Positions 9,206-18,353 are shown, counted from the stretch's first letter. The stretch: DNA of 64,000 bases from Elusimicrobiota bacterium (GCA_043811535.1 JBDRNC010000021.1:32001-96000), one strand, 5' to 3'. The notes: generated from the sequence alone by a model not told the origin. Program-made: numbers and translations.

Positions 9206-9994
9206 TTATTGTCCCGCGGCCGTTATGCGTCCGCCTCTCTTGGCGGGTTCAATGAAGGCCTTCAGGTTTTCTTCCATTTTGCTGGGTATAGCGCCGGACT
9301 GCAGAAGCAGCACGCCGCGTATTATAATTTCCTTCTGAAGCAGTTCCTCGTCGGATTTTCTGCGCAGTTTTCCTGCCATCGGGAGGAACAGCAGGTATCC
9401 GGAACCGAGGCCGAAAAAGGCAGCCGCAAGCGCCAAAGCCATCCTTCGCGGGACTTCCGCGACGTCCGTTATGGAGTTAAGCATCAGAATCATGCCCAGT
9501 ACCGTTCCGATGATTCCGAACGCCGGCGCGTAGGTTCCGAGCGCGTTGAATATCTCCTGTCCGACTTTATGGCGTTCCCGGATGAACTCGATCTCGGTCT
9601 CAAGCAGGTTGGTTATGAACTCCTTATCCATGCCGTCCACGACCATCTGCACGCCGCGCCTCTGGAAATCTATGCGCAGGTTCTTCGCGTCGCTTTCAAG
9701 CGCGAGAAACCCGTCGGTCCTGGCTTTCTTTGATAATTCAACAAAAGAATTTATTATATAATTCGTATCATCGTCATCCTGCGTAAAAAGCACTTTTTTA
9801 AGCACTTTTGTAAGGCCGAACACCTGTTTAAGCGGGTAGTTCACGAAAAGAGCCGCGATAGTGCCGCCCATGACGACAAAAAGGGCTTCGACGTTTAAAA
9901 ACGGTACGAAGCCCTTGACACCTTCAGCAAGCAAAACGGATATGATCACCAGCCCGAGGCCGACGCTCACGCCGAGTACGGTAGTTATATCCAT
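9206..9994 (-). CDS. motA: MotA-type stator subunit
   Basis: VMGGTIAA, ARTDGFLALE, APAFGIIGTVLGMI, FLPMAGKL; AGGAGG RBS. Confidence 0.92.
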   Translation of the reverse strand: MDITTVLGVSVGLGLVIISVLLAEGVKGFVPFLNVEALFVVMGGTIAALFVNYPLKQVFGLTKVLKKVLFTQDDDDTNYIINSFVELSKKARTDGFLALESDAKNLRIDFQRRGVQMVVDGMDKEFITNLLETEIEFIRERHKVGQEIFNALGTYAPAFGIIGTVLGMILMLNSITDVAEVPRRMALALAAAFFGLGSGYLLFLPMAGKLRRKSDEELLQKEIIIRGVLLLQSGAIPSKMEENLKAFIEPAKRGGRITAAGQ

Positions 9995-10039
9995 TAAAAG
10001 ACCTCCTGAACGAAATGTTTATAAAATGTCTGATTTCTT

Positions 10040-10110
10040 AATCCACCTACGCTGAATTCCGGTTTTTGCAAAGTATGAATAATCTTGTTGGATTCCGCTT
10101 CGGCGGATTT
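10040..10110. repeat. REP-like element AATCCACCTACGC...GCTTCGGCGGATTT, copy 1
   Basis: Both ends match 16541-16581; interiors differ. Confidence 0.7.
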
Positions 10111-10167
10111 ACGCACCCAGACGAAAAACAATGGTTTTTCAAAGCGTTTACATATTGTGCTTCAATA

Positions 10168-10196
10168 AGTTTAGTCAATTTTATGTCAATTGTCAA
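10168..10196 (-). promoter_or_regulatory. Putative sigma70 promoter of motAB
   Basis: Minus strand TTGACA-17 bp-TAAACT; three TTGAC copies overlap it. Confidence 0.6.
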
Positions 10197-10274
10197 TCCC
10201 CGCCAACCGCGAATACACTTATTGCGGCGCCAAGTGTGACGTCCAGGCGGTGTTTGGGATAACGTTTTAATACC

Positions 10275-10345
10275 AGAGATTAGTGAATAGAGAATAGGAA
10301 ATAGAACAACTAATCCTAGTCCCTATTCTCTAAGTACTATTCCCT
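10275..10345. repeat. Inverted 7-mer element, AGNGAAT family
   Basis: agagatt-agtgaat-agagaat-aggaaat, then ccctattctctaagtactattccct, nearly identical to 71-95. Confidence 0.85.
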
Positions 10346-10354
10346 GCCGTATTC

Positions 10355-10383
10355 TTGACTTTTTCCCTCTGAAGTGGTACAAT
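10355..10383 (+). promoter_or_regulatory. Putative sigma70 promoter of flbD-ppdK
   Basis: TTGACT-17 bp-TACAAT with TGn extension. Confidence 0.7.
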
Positions 10384-10488
10384 AACAAAGTCTTACAGCC
10401 AGTTATCCCATCCAGGAAACAGGCAAAAATAACTGAAAATACATTAAGAAAAGCATTCCCGACTGATTAATTTCGGGCAGCCATTTCC

Positions 10489-10707
10489 ATGATAAAACTC
10501 CATAAACTCAACGGTCAGGAAATAATAATCAATGCGGAATTGATAGAGAGCATTGAGGCCGCGCCGGACACGATATTGAGCTTATACACGAACAACCGCT
10601 TTATCGTAAAAGAGAACCTGGAAGAGGTTCTGCGGGTCATACTTGAATACAAGAAGCTCTGCGGCCAGCCTAATCTACCTCAGATGGACTTCGGCAGAAA
10701 AAAATAA
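10489..10707 (+). CDS. flbD: FlbD/SwrD family protein
   Basis: MIKLHKLNG...INAELIESIEAAPDTILSL...FIVKE signature. Confidence 0.88.
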   Translation: MIKLHKLNGQEIIINAELIESIEAAPDTILSLYTNNRFIVKENLEEVLRVILEYKKLCGQPNLPQMDFGRKK

Positions 10708-10755
10708 ATAATCCGCCGTTGAAACGTTGGCGGACTTACAAAAAGGAGCATTAAA

Positions 10756-13491
10756 ATGGCAAAGAAGAACGTATACTTTTTCGGCGGCGGAAAAGCCGAC
10801 GGAAATGAAAGTATGAAGAATCTGCTGGGCGGCAAAGGCGCCAACCTGGCTGAAATGGCCGGCCACAAAAATCTTAGATTGCCGGTGCCCCCCGGATTCA
10901 CGATAACCACAGATGTCTGTACCCACTACTACGAAAATAAACGCAAATATCCCGGAACACTTAAAGCCGAAGTCAATGCGGCAATGAAAAAAATAGAAGT
11001 TATTATGGGCAAAAAGTTCGGAGATGTGAAAGATCCGCTTCTTATGTCCGTTCGTTCGGGAGCACGTAAATCAATGCCCGGCATGATGGACACAGTCCTT
11101 AATGTCGGACTCAACGATCAAACCATAAACGGCCTTATTGAAAAAACAGGCAGCGGTCGTTTTGCGTATGATGCATACCGCAGGCTTATAATGATGTACG
11201 CAGATGTTGTCATGGAAAAAGCAGAAGGCAGAGCACCGGCACGCGGCAAGGGCATCCGTAAATTGATGGATGAGAAACTTGGCGAATTAAAAGCGAAAAA
11301 AGGCGTAAAGAACGATACAGAACTTACCGCAGAAGACCTTAAAGGCCTTGTTGCGGAATTCAAAGAAATGGTTAAGACTGAAATGGGCCAGCCATTCCCC
11401 GAGAAACCCGAAGATCAGCTTTGGGGCGGCGTTGGCGCAGTATTTATGTCATGGAACGGCAAACGCGCGATAGAGTATCGCCGCATTGAACGTATTCCTG
11501 ACGAATGGGGCACAGCAGTAAACGTTCAGGCCATGGTGTTCGGCAATATGGGTGACGATTGCGCAACCGGAGTTGCTTTCACAAGAAATCCCGGTAACGG
11601 CGATAAGTACTTCTACGGCGAATATCTTGTTAATGCCCAAGGCGAAGATGTAGTTGCAGGTATCCGCACCCCTTCCCCAATTAACGAACTGTCCAAAAAT
11701 GACCACTCAAGAAACCTTCCGACACTTCAGCAAACAATGCCTGCAGTTTACAAAGAACTCGACAGCTTCCAGAAACGCCTTGAGAACCACTACAAGGATA
11801 TGCAGGACATTGAGTTCACAATCGAAAAAGGCAAATTGTTCATGCTTCAGTGCCGTATCGGCAAACGCAACGGCACCGCGGCAGTAAAGATAGCTGCAGA
11901 CATGTACAAAGAGAAATTTATCGACGCGAAAACCGCAATTATGCGCGTTAACCCGAACCAGCTCGTGGAGCTCCTGCTTCCGATGATTGAACCCAAGTTC
12001 GAGGCTACCAGCAAGGTCATTGCCAAAGGATTGCCCGCGGGTCCCGGCGGAGCAGTAGGCCGCGTAGTTTTCACATCACACGAAGCAGTACAATGGGGAG
12101 AGAAAGGCGAGAAAGTTATTCTTGTCCGCGAAGAAACATCTCCTGAAGACGTTGACGGAATGCACAAATCACAGGCAATCCTTACATCCAAAGGCGGTAT
12201 GACCTCGCACGCTGCGCTTGTCGCGCGCGGTTGGGGCAAATGCTGCATAGTAGGATGCGAAGGCCTTGAAATAGCAGATGACGAAAAGAGCTTCACAACA
12301 AAGTCGGGCGTTACCGTAAAAGAAGGCGAATGGATAACATTGAACGGCACCAAAGGTACCGTTTATGTTGGCAAGCTTGAACTTATGGACCCGAACTTAG
12401 AAGCCAATACATCATATACCGAGTTGATGAAGCTTGTGGACAAGGCGCGTACGTTGAAAGTTCGCACCAATGCCGACACCCCCAAGGATACACAGAAAGC
12501 AATAGATTTCGGAGCTGAAGGCATCGGCCTTTTCCGCATAGAGCATATGTTCTACGGCGAAGGTTCTGATAAACCTTTGTTCCTGCTTCGCAAAATGATA
12601 ATGTCAAAAACTCTCGAAGAGCGCAAAGCCGCACTGAATGAGTTGGCGGTATTCGTAAAATCAGATGTCAAGGCAACCATGCAGGTTCTTAATGGTTTCC
12701 CGCTTACAATAAGGCTTATTGACCCTCCTCTTCACGAGTTCGTGCCGCACAGCGCAGACAAAATAGCTGATATGGCAAAAGAACTTGGCATCAGCGTTGA
12801 AGACGCCAAGAGACGCGGCGATGCATTGAAAGAAAACAACCCGATGTTGGGCCATCGCGGCGTTCGCCTTGGAGTAACCTATCCTGAAGTAACCGAGATG
12901 CAGGTTCGCGCAATCATCGAAGCAGCCGGCGAGCTTATCAAATCAGGCAAAAAAGCAGTTCCTGAGATAATGATCCCGGTTACCTGCTCTGTCAAAGAAC
13001 TCGATGACCAAAAAGTCATAGTGGAAAAAGTCCACGCGGAAGTCCAGAAAGCGCTCGGCGTCAAGATACCGTACTTGTACGGAACGATGATCGAGATACC
13101 GCGCGCAGCCCTTCTTGCAGACAAGATGGCTGAGACCGCGCAGTTCTTCTCGTTCGGTACCAACGATCTTACCCAAATGACCTTTGGTTTCTCAAGAGAT
13201 GACATAGGCGGTTTCCTTCCTTCATATCTCGAAAGAAAAATATTGCCTTACGATCCTTTCCAGACCGTCGATTTCGACGGCGTTGGCCAGTTAATGAAGT
13301 ACGGAATTGAGCGTGGCAGAAAAACGAAGAAACACCTTAAAGTCGGTATCTGCGGAGAGCACGGCGGAGACCCCACTTCCGTTGAGTTCTGCCATAACAT
13401 CGGCATGGATTACGTTTCCTGTTCGCCGTTCAGAGTGCCCATCGCAAGATTAGCCGCTGCCCAGGCCGCATTGAAAGGCAAGAAAAAATAG
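10756..13491 (+). CDS. ppdK: Pyruvate, phosphate dikinase
   Basis: LLGGKGANLAEM, SMPGMMDT, GGMTSHAA (phospho-His), FSFGTNDLTQ, GICGEHGGD. Confidence 0.98.
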   Translation: MAKKNVYFFGGGKADGNESMKNLLGGKGANLAEMAGHKNLRLPVPPGFTITTDVCTHYYENKRKYPGTLKAEVNAAMKKIEVIMGKKFGDVKDPLLMSVRSGARKSMPGMMDTVLNVGLNDQTINGLIEKTGSGRFAYDAYRRLIMMYADVVMEKAEGRAPARGKGIRKLMDEKLGELKAKKGVKNDTELTAEDLKGLVAEFKEMVKTEMGQPFPEKPEDQLWGGVGAVFMSWNGKRAIEYRRIERIPDEWGTAVNVQAMVFGNMGDDCATGVAFTRNPGNGDKYFYGEYLVNAQGEDVVAGIRTPSPINELSKNDHSRNLPTLQQTMPAVYKELDSFQKRLENHYKDMQDIEFTIEKGKLFMLQCRIGKRNGTAAVKIAADMYKEKFIDAKTAIMRVNPNQLVELLLPMIEPKFEATSKVIAKGLPAGPGGAVGRVVFTSHEAVQWGEKGEKVILVREETSPEDVDGMHKSQAILTSKGGMTSHAALVARGWGKCCIVGCEGLEIADDEKSFTTKSGVTVKEGEWITLNGTKGTVYVGKLELMDPNLEANTSYTELMKLVDKARTLKVRTNADTPKDTQKAIDFGAEGIGLFRIEHMFYGEGSDKPLFLLRKMIMSKTLEERKAALNELAVFVKSDVKATMQVLNGFPLTIRLIDPPLHEFVPHSADKIADMAKELGISVEDAKRRGDALKENNPMLGHRGVRLGVTYPEVTEMQVRAIIEAAGELIKSGKKAVPEIMIPVTCSVKELDDQKVIVEKVHAEVQKALGVKIPYLYGTMIEIPRAALLADKMAETAQFFSFGTNDLTQMTFGFSRDDIGGFLPSYLERKILPYDPFQTVDFDGVGQLMKYGIERGRKTKKHLKVGICGEHGGDPTSVEFCHNIGMDYVSCSPFRVPIARLAAAQAALKGKKK

Positions 13492-13539
13492 GGTCAAGTA
13501 GCAAGGGTCAAGGGTCCAGTAACGACTTGACCAACCCTG
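13490..13539. repeat. 7-mer element, AGGGTCM family
   Basis: agggtca-agtagca-agggtca-agggtcc starting in the ppdK stop codon; short complementary remnant cttgacc/accctg. Confidence 0.7.
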
Positions 13540-13548
13540 AAGCATATG

Positions 13549-13586
13549 AAAGCAGGCGGGAATCGCAACTTCCCGCCTGCTTTTTT
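13549..13586 (+). terminator. Rho-independent terminator after ppdK
   Basis: AAAGCAGGCGGGAA/TTCCCGCCTGCTTT stem plus T run. Confidence 0.9.
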
Positions 13587-13630
13587 GATACAATTTAAGA
13601 CAAGGTGTTGTTTCTGTCAGGAGCAAATCA

Positions 13631-14101
13631 TTGGATAAAGACAAGATAACATATCGCCGGTACAAAAAATCTGATTGCGACGCGGTAGGGGAGCTTCATC
13701 TCGCGGCGCTTCAGAGCGCGGGTGTGCTGGTGAGCCGCGGGCCTTGGGATGATGACTTAAATGATATTGAGGGCATCTATATAAACAATCAAGGAGAGTT
13801 TATTATCGCTGAACTTGAAGGCGTGATAATCGGCATGGGAGCGATAAGACAGGTATCGGAAGGGATCGCGGAAGTAAAAAGGATGAGAGTGGAGCCGGGA
13901 TTCCAGGGTAAAGGCATAGGTTCGCAAATCCTGATTATGCTAGAAAAGAGGGCCAAGGAACTTGACTACAAGGAATTACAGCTTGATACCTCTTCCAAAC
14001 TGCACCGTACCCAGAAGTTTTATACCGAACGCGGTTATGTTGAGTTTGACAGGCAGACGAAGGGAGATCATGATTTAGTATTCTTCAAGAAAAGGATATA
14101 A
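13631..14101 (+). CDS. GNAT family N-acetyltransferase
   Basis: AEVKRMRVEPGFQGKGIG, KFYTERGY; TTG start after AGGAG. Confidence 0.9.
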   Translation: MDKDKITYRRYKKSDCDAVGELHLAALQSAGVLVSRGPWDDDLNDIEGIYINNQGEFIIAELEGVIIGMGAIRQVSEGIAEVKRMRVEPGFQGKGIGSQILIMLEKRAKELDYKELQLDTSSKLHRTQKFYTERGYVEFDRQTKGDHDLVFFKKRI

Positions 14102-14106
14102 ACTAA

Positions 14107-14838
14107 ATGAAACCAACTAAAGACGCGTACGGAAAAGAGATATGGGCGCGATATAAGAAGAAAAGCGATATTGAAACGATAGAGAGAGACGACGGCTACT
14201 CTGAGAGTTCTCCCGGGTTCGCTTCTATATACTTTTCTCCGCACAAAGAATGGTCCGAACACGATAATAAAGCTATTAAACTGGTCAAGGGCCGGGTGCT
14301 GGACGTCGGCTGCGGAGCGGGAAGGCACTCGCTTTACCTGCAGGGGCTGGGTTTTGACGTTACCGCGATAGACAACTCGCCCCTGGCGGTCAAGGTATGC
14401 AGATTACGCGGCATCAAGAAAGCTAAAGTCATATCCGTAACGCAGACCGGCAAGTTTAAGGCGGGTTCATTCGATACCATCATCATGATGGGTAACAACT
14501 TCGGCCTCATGGGCGGTTTCAGGCAGGCGCGCAGGATACTGAAGGCATTTTACAGGATAACATCGCCGGGCGGGCGGATAATAGCCGAGACAACCGATCC
14601 GTATAAAACCGATTTTCCGCCTCACCTGAAGTATCAGGCGTGGAACAGGCGCCGGGGCAGGATGTCCGGTCAGTTGAGAATCAGGGCAAAATTCGGCAAG
14701 TGCAGGGGCCCATGGTTCGATTATCTGTTCGTTTCGCGCGAAGAACTCAAGGATATCCTTTCCGGTACCCGATGGAAAATAGAAAAGCTCATAAACACGA
14801 AAACATCGAAGTATATGATGATACTTCATAAAAAATAG
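14107..14838 (+). CDS. Class I SAM-dependent methyltransferase
   Basis: VLDVGCGAG motif I, FDTIIMMGNNFG. Confidence 0.9.
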   Translation: MKPTKDAYGKEIWARYKKKSDIETIERDDGYSESSPGFASIYFSPHKEWSEHDNKAIKLVKGRVLDVGCGAGRHSLYLQGLGFDVTAIDNSPLAVKVCRLRGIKKAKVISVTQTGKFKAGSFDTIIMMGNNFGLMGGFRQARRILKAFYRITSPGGRIIAETTDPYKTDFPPHLKYQAWNRRRGRMSGQLRIRAKFGKCRGPWFDYLFVSREELKDILSGTRWKIEKLINTKTSKYMMILHKK

Positions 14839-14851
14839 GTGGTTAAGGCAT

Positions 14852-15329
14852 ATGAAAGTTAAAATACTAAGAGCCGAAAGGCGTCATCTTGATTCCATCG
14901 TAGAACTCTGGAAAGAAATGGTAGATTTCCACGCGTTGAGGATAAGCCCGTACTACAAACGGAGAAAAGGTGGACATATTGGTTTCAGGAAGTTTCTGTC
15001 CGGTTCCATGAAACGAAGAAACTCGAGGGCATTCGTCGCGGTCGAGGGGGGGGAAGGTGCTCGGCTTCGTGCTCGCGTTCATACAGAATTGTCCGCCGGT
15101 ATTCAGGATAAGGAAGATTGGTTTTATATCAGACCTGTCGGTAACGGCAAAAGCAAGAAGGAAAGGGGTGGGCGGTATGCTGTTCAGGAAAGCGGTCGAA
15201 TGGTTCAAAAAACGCGGCATGAAAAGAGCCGAACTTATGGTGGCGGCGGGAAACGCAATAGGTTATCCGTTCTGGAAGAAGTGCGGTTTCAAAGAAACGG
15301 CGCTCCGCATGTACGCGAATATAGAATAA
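14852..15329 (+). pseudogene. GNAT acetyltransferase interrupted by a +1 frameshift in a G8 tract
   Basis: N-half in ORF 14852 and C-half (ARRKGVG, FWKKCGF) in ORF 15057-15329; removing one G at 15046-15053 gives a continuous 158-aa protein. Confidence 0.8.
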
Positions 15330-15360
15330 GGACTGACAGTATTTGTACGCGGATATTTAA

Positions 15361-15939
15361 ATGAAAATACTCATCATTTCAGGCAGTCCTAAGAAAGACG
15401 GCAATACGGAAACGCTTATCCGCTGGTTCAGTGAGGGCGCGAAGTCTAAAGGCGCTGAAATAGAGCTTGTCCGCGCCGCAAATCTTAAATTGAAAGCGAA
15501 CGGGTGCACTTCCTGCAGGCTATGCCAGAAGAATAAGGAGTACGCCTGCGCTATAAAGGATGACGCCTCGGATGTTATCCTGAAAATGGCCGCAGTCGAT
15601 GTTGTAGTGATGACTACCCCGCTGTATTTCTTCGCCATGAGCGCCCAGTTGAAAGTAATAATCGACCGCATGTTCTCTCTGTACAAGTGGGACAACAAAG
15701 CTGGTACGATGGAAACCGTTATGAAAGGAAAATACTTCATACTTCTGGCAAGCGCGTACGAGGACATCGGCCTGAAAGAGCTTGAGTACCCGTTCAAACA
15801 GACGGCGGAATACACGGGCATGAAATTTGAATCCTTGCTTGTTCCCGATGCCGGTGAATCCGGAGAAATAAATAAACTGTCAGGAATACGCGAAAAAACG
15901 ATAGAGTTGGGAAAAAAGATTGCAGAAGTGAAGGGATAA
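15361..15939 (+). CDS. Flavodoxin-fold iron-sulfur flavoprotein / NADPH-dependent FMN reductase
   Basis: ISGSPKKDGNT, CTSCRLC...CAIKDD, TPLYF..SAQLKVIIDR. Confidence 0.88.
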   Translation: MKILIISGSPKKDGNTETLIRWFSEGAKSKGAEIELVRAANLKLKANGCTSCRLCQKNKEYACAIKDDASDVILKMAAVDVVVMTTPLYFFAMSAQLKVIIDRMFSLYKWDNKAGTMETVMKGKYFILLASAYEDIGLKELEYPFKQTAEYTGMKFESLLVPDAGESGEINKLSGIREKTIELGKKIAEVKG

Positions 15940-15941
15940 AT

Positions 15942-16388
15942 ATGATAATAGACAAGCTGAAAAACGCGGAGATATATTATTCCGTCCATCCCGGTTTCAA
16001 GCGGGCCTTTGAGTTCCTCAAGACGCATGAGTTGGGCAAGCTTGCGCCGGGCCGACAAGAAATCGACGGCGATAATGTATTCGCGCTGGTAAATGACAGC
16101 CAGGGAAGGGGTAAGGGGGCGGGGAAACTGGAAGCTCACAGGAAATATATAGATATCCAGTTCACTGTTTCGGGAACCGATGTCATTGGATGGAAACCGG
16201 CGGACGATTGCAAGGCAGTGGAAAAAGAATACAGCGCCGAAAACGAGGTAATCCTGTTTTCGGACAATATAGACGCGTGGTTCAATGTCCCTTCCGGAAC
16301 ATTCGCGGTATTCTATCCTGACGACGCGCACGCTCCGCTTTCGGGGACAGGAACTATGAGAAAGATTATCGTGAAAGTCATGAAATAA
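15942..16388 (+). CDS. YhcH/YjgK/YiaL family protein
   Basis: EAHRKYIDIQ, FAVFYPDDAHAP, RKIIVKV. Confidence 0.92.
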   Translation: MIIDKLKNAEIYYSVHPGFKRAFEFLKTHELGKLAPGRQEIDGDNVFALVNDSQGRGKGAGKLEAHRKYIDIQFTVSGTDVIGWKPADDCKAVEKEYSAENEVILFSDNIDAWFNVPSGTFAVFYPDDAHAPLSGTGTMRKIIVKVMK

Positions 16389-16457
16389 TCAGCTTTTTAC
16401 CAGCAGATAGACGATTGCGGCAGTGATGCGGGATGTTAAAAGCGCTGTATAATAAAA

Positions 16458-16498
16458 AAACTCTTCCGGAGGGGGAAACCGGAAGAGTTTGTGTTTTT
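16458..16498. terminator. Bidirectional terminator between convergent units
   Basis: AAACTCTTCCGG/CCGGAAGAGTTT stem with A-run before and T-rich tail after. Confidence 0.75.
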
Positions 16499-16513
16499 AT
16501 ATTTGTTGTTGTA

Positions 16514-16646
16514 GCAATCTTTAAATCTTTCCAATCTTTCAATCCACCTACGCCCCTAAGAATCGGGGCTACGGCGGATTTCAGCTTGCCGTGAAAGTCA
16601 TATTCATGTGCGGGCTTTCGCCCGCAGAGCTTCAATCTTTCAATGT
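16514..16646. repeat. CAATCTTT 8-9-mer repeats flanking REP-like element copy 2 (16541-16581)
   Basis: gcaatctttaaatctttccaatctttcaatc...ttcaatctttcaatg; inner AATCCACCTACGCCCC-loop-GGGGCTACGGCGGATTT and a second hairpin tgcgggc-tttc-gcccgca. Confidence 0.7.
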
Positions 16647-16652
16647 TTTAAT

Positions 16653-17207
16653 TTATAACGGCATTTTCATGAAAGGGCCGTCCATGCAGGGCCCTTTGCC
16701 GCACATGCCGGGTCCTTTCATGCCCGGCCCGCGCGTGCCTTTGCGCATTTTCTTCATTTTATCATCCGTCTTTTTCATCCTTTTTTCCATCATTTCATTC
16801 ATTTTCTTGAATTGATCGGGCGTGAGTATCTTTTTCATCTCGGCGACCCTGTCAACCATTGACTCAAGCTGTTTTGCGTGCAGTTTCTTTAATTCTTCTA
16901 TAAGCCCGTCCACTTTTGTTTTGTCCGTTTCCGCCTTATTGAGCACTTCTTTCAGGTCTTTGTGGATCTTTGTCATCTCCGCGCGAATCTCTTTCATCTG
17001 CAGTTTGCACGCGTTTCTGTGCTTTTCTATCTTGTCTTTTTGCTCTTCGGTGAGTTTCAGCTCTTTGGCGGATTTTTCAAAATCCTTCCGCATCATGTTC
17101 TCTCCGCCTTTGCGGTTGTCGTCGGCGGATAACGCGCAGCTTCCGGAAAGAATAAACAGCGTCATTGCCAGCGCTTTTAAGAATTTCTTGTCTTTCATGT
17201 CAGTCAT
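16653..17207 (-). CDS. Spy/CpxP-family periplasmic protein
   Basis: Signal peptide, LKLTEEQ and ILTPDQ (LTxxQ) motifs, Met/Lys-rich tail. Confidence 0.85.
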   Translation of the reverse strand: MTDMKDKKFLKALAMTLFILSGSCALSADDNRKGGENMMRKDFEKSAKELKLTEEQKDKIEKHRNACKLQMKEIRAEMTKIHKDLKEVLNKAETDKTKVDGLIEELKKLHAKQLESMVDRVAEMKKILTPDQFKKMNEMMEKRMKKTDDKMKKMRKGTRGPGMKGPGMCGKGPCMDGPFMKMPL

Positions 17208-17233
17208 GCCTCCGTATTATTCTTTTCATATAT

Positions 17234-17262
17234 TTAGACAATCCGGGCAACAATAAAGTTTC
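17234..17262 (-). promoter_or_regulatory. Putative ECF sigma promoter of the Spy-like gene
   Basis: GAAACTTT-N14-TGTCTAA, same boxes and spacing as 18354-18382. Confidence 0.8.
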
Positions 17263-17779
17263 GCGCGTTCCTGCCGAGTATAAGCTCTTCCGCCGCCGTC
17301 CCGAGCACGCTGTCGGTTTCCGGGGTAATTTCAACTTCTTCGTAAAGGTAGGAAAAATAGCTTTCTCCGGCCTCTTCGGCGCTTTCGGCGGAAAATGTGT
17401 CAGAGTCAGCGATATAGGTGTCTTTCCGCTGGTTGCTGATTATGAGCGCGGAAGCTAATATAAGCAGACCGCAAAGTGAAGCGGCCAGCGCTACCCTGGG
17501 GAAAGTGAGCCAACCTTTCATTATAACGGCCGGATTTCTGACGTCTGCGGTATTCCTGTTTTCTATCCCGTTTTGGATATTCTGCCAGATGTAAGACGGG
17601 GGGGATTCTCTTTTAACGGCTTTAAACGGCTCTACCGCGGTCTTAATCAGGGTTTGCTCGTATTCCTTGCAGGACTGGCAGGACGCGAGATGTTCGGCCA
17701 GCTGCCTTTCGCTTTCCGGCGAGATCTCATTGTCCAAAAAATCAGTGATTAACAGCTCCCTGGCTTCGCTGCACTTCAT
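17234..17779 (-). CDS. Zinc-binding (zf-HC2) membrane anti-sigma factor
   Basis: HLASCQSC (HxxxCxxC), single TM, overlaps sigma gene stop. Confidence 0.88.
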   Translation of the reverse strand: MKCSEARELLITDFLDNEISPESERQLAEHLASCQSCKEYEQTLIKTAVEPFKAVKRESPPSYIWQNIQNGIENRNTADVRNPAVIMKGWLTFPRVALAASLCGLLILASALIISNQRKDTYIADSDTFSAESAEEAGESYFSYLYEEVEITPETDSVLGTAAEELILGRNARNFIVARIV

Positions 17780-18330
17780 TGTAATTCACCTCCGGCGGCG
17801 AGTTTCACCAGCGTTTCACGCGCTCTTTTAAGCCACGTGCGCACCGTGTTAATATTTGTTTTCATTGTCCTGGATATTTCATCGTAGCTCATGTCTTCAA
17901 AGTTCCTTAATATAACGCATGCCTTCTGGTCGGGCGGGAGCCGGTCAAGCAGTTTCTGAAGTTCTTTCGCCCGTGCGGCGTCTTCCACTTGTTTTAGAAG
18001 TGAATTTTCAACAGGCCCTACATTTTCCAGTGATTCAAGGTCCACGTTTTTACCCGCCTGCCTGGACGCTTTTTTAAGAGCGTTAAGCGAAGTGTTGACG
18101 GTAATCCTGTAAAGCCATGTGTTGAACGCGGAATCGTGCCTGAATTTCTTGAGTTCGCCGTGGATCTTGACGAAAACGTCCTGCGTGATCTCGGCGGCGG
18201 CGTCATACGAGCCGGACATGCGCAGGGCCACGTTGTACACGAAACCCGAAGAGTTCCTGTATATGGCTTCAAAGGCGCCCATGTCGCCGCGGGACGCCCG
18301 CATAATAGTTTCCTTTGTGAGTTCTTCCAT
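17776..18330 (-). CDS. ECF RNA polymerase sigma factor
   Basis: AAEITQDVF, FNTWLYRITVN, SYDEIS...TVRTWLKRAR. Confidence 0.93.
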   Translation of the reverse strand: MEELTKETIMRASRGDMGAFEAIYRNSSGFVYNVALRMSGSYDAAAEITQDVFVKIHGELKKFRHDSAFNTWLYRITVNTSLNALKKASRQAGKNVDLESLENVGPVENSLLKQVEDAARAKELQKLLDRLPPDQKACVILRNFEDMSYDEISRTMKTNINTVRTWLKRARETLVKLAAGGELQ

Positions 18331-18353
18331 AGCTATGGTTCCGCTCGCATTAA

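Noticed and set aside
8492..9994. MotAB pair as Zorya, ExbBD or TolQR
   Set aside because: MotA has no long ZorA tail and keeps the flagellar R..G.LALE motif; MotB has the stator W..YAD motif and an OmpA-like domain; no zorC/D/E or tonB is adjacent.
15357..16331. 324-aa antisense ORF and the many other overlapping short ORFs
   Set aside because: They shadow well-supported genes on the opposite strand or frame and show no recognisable motifs.
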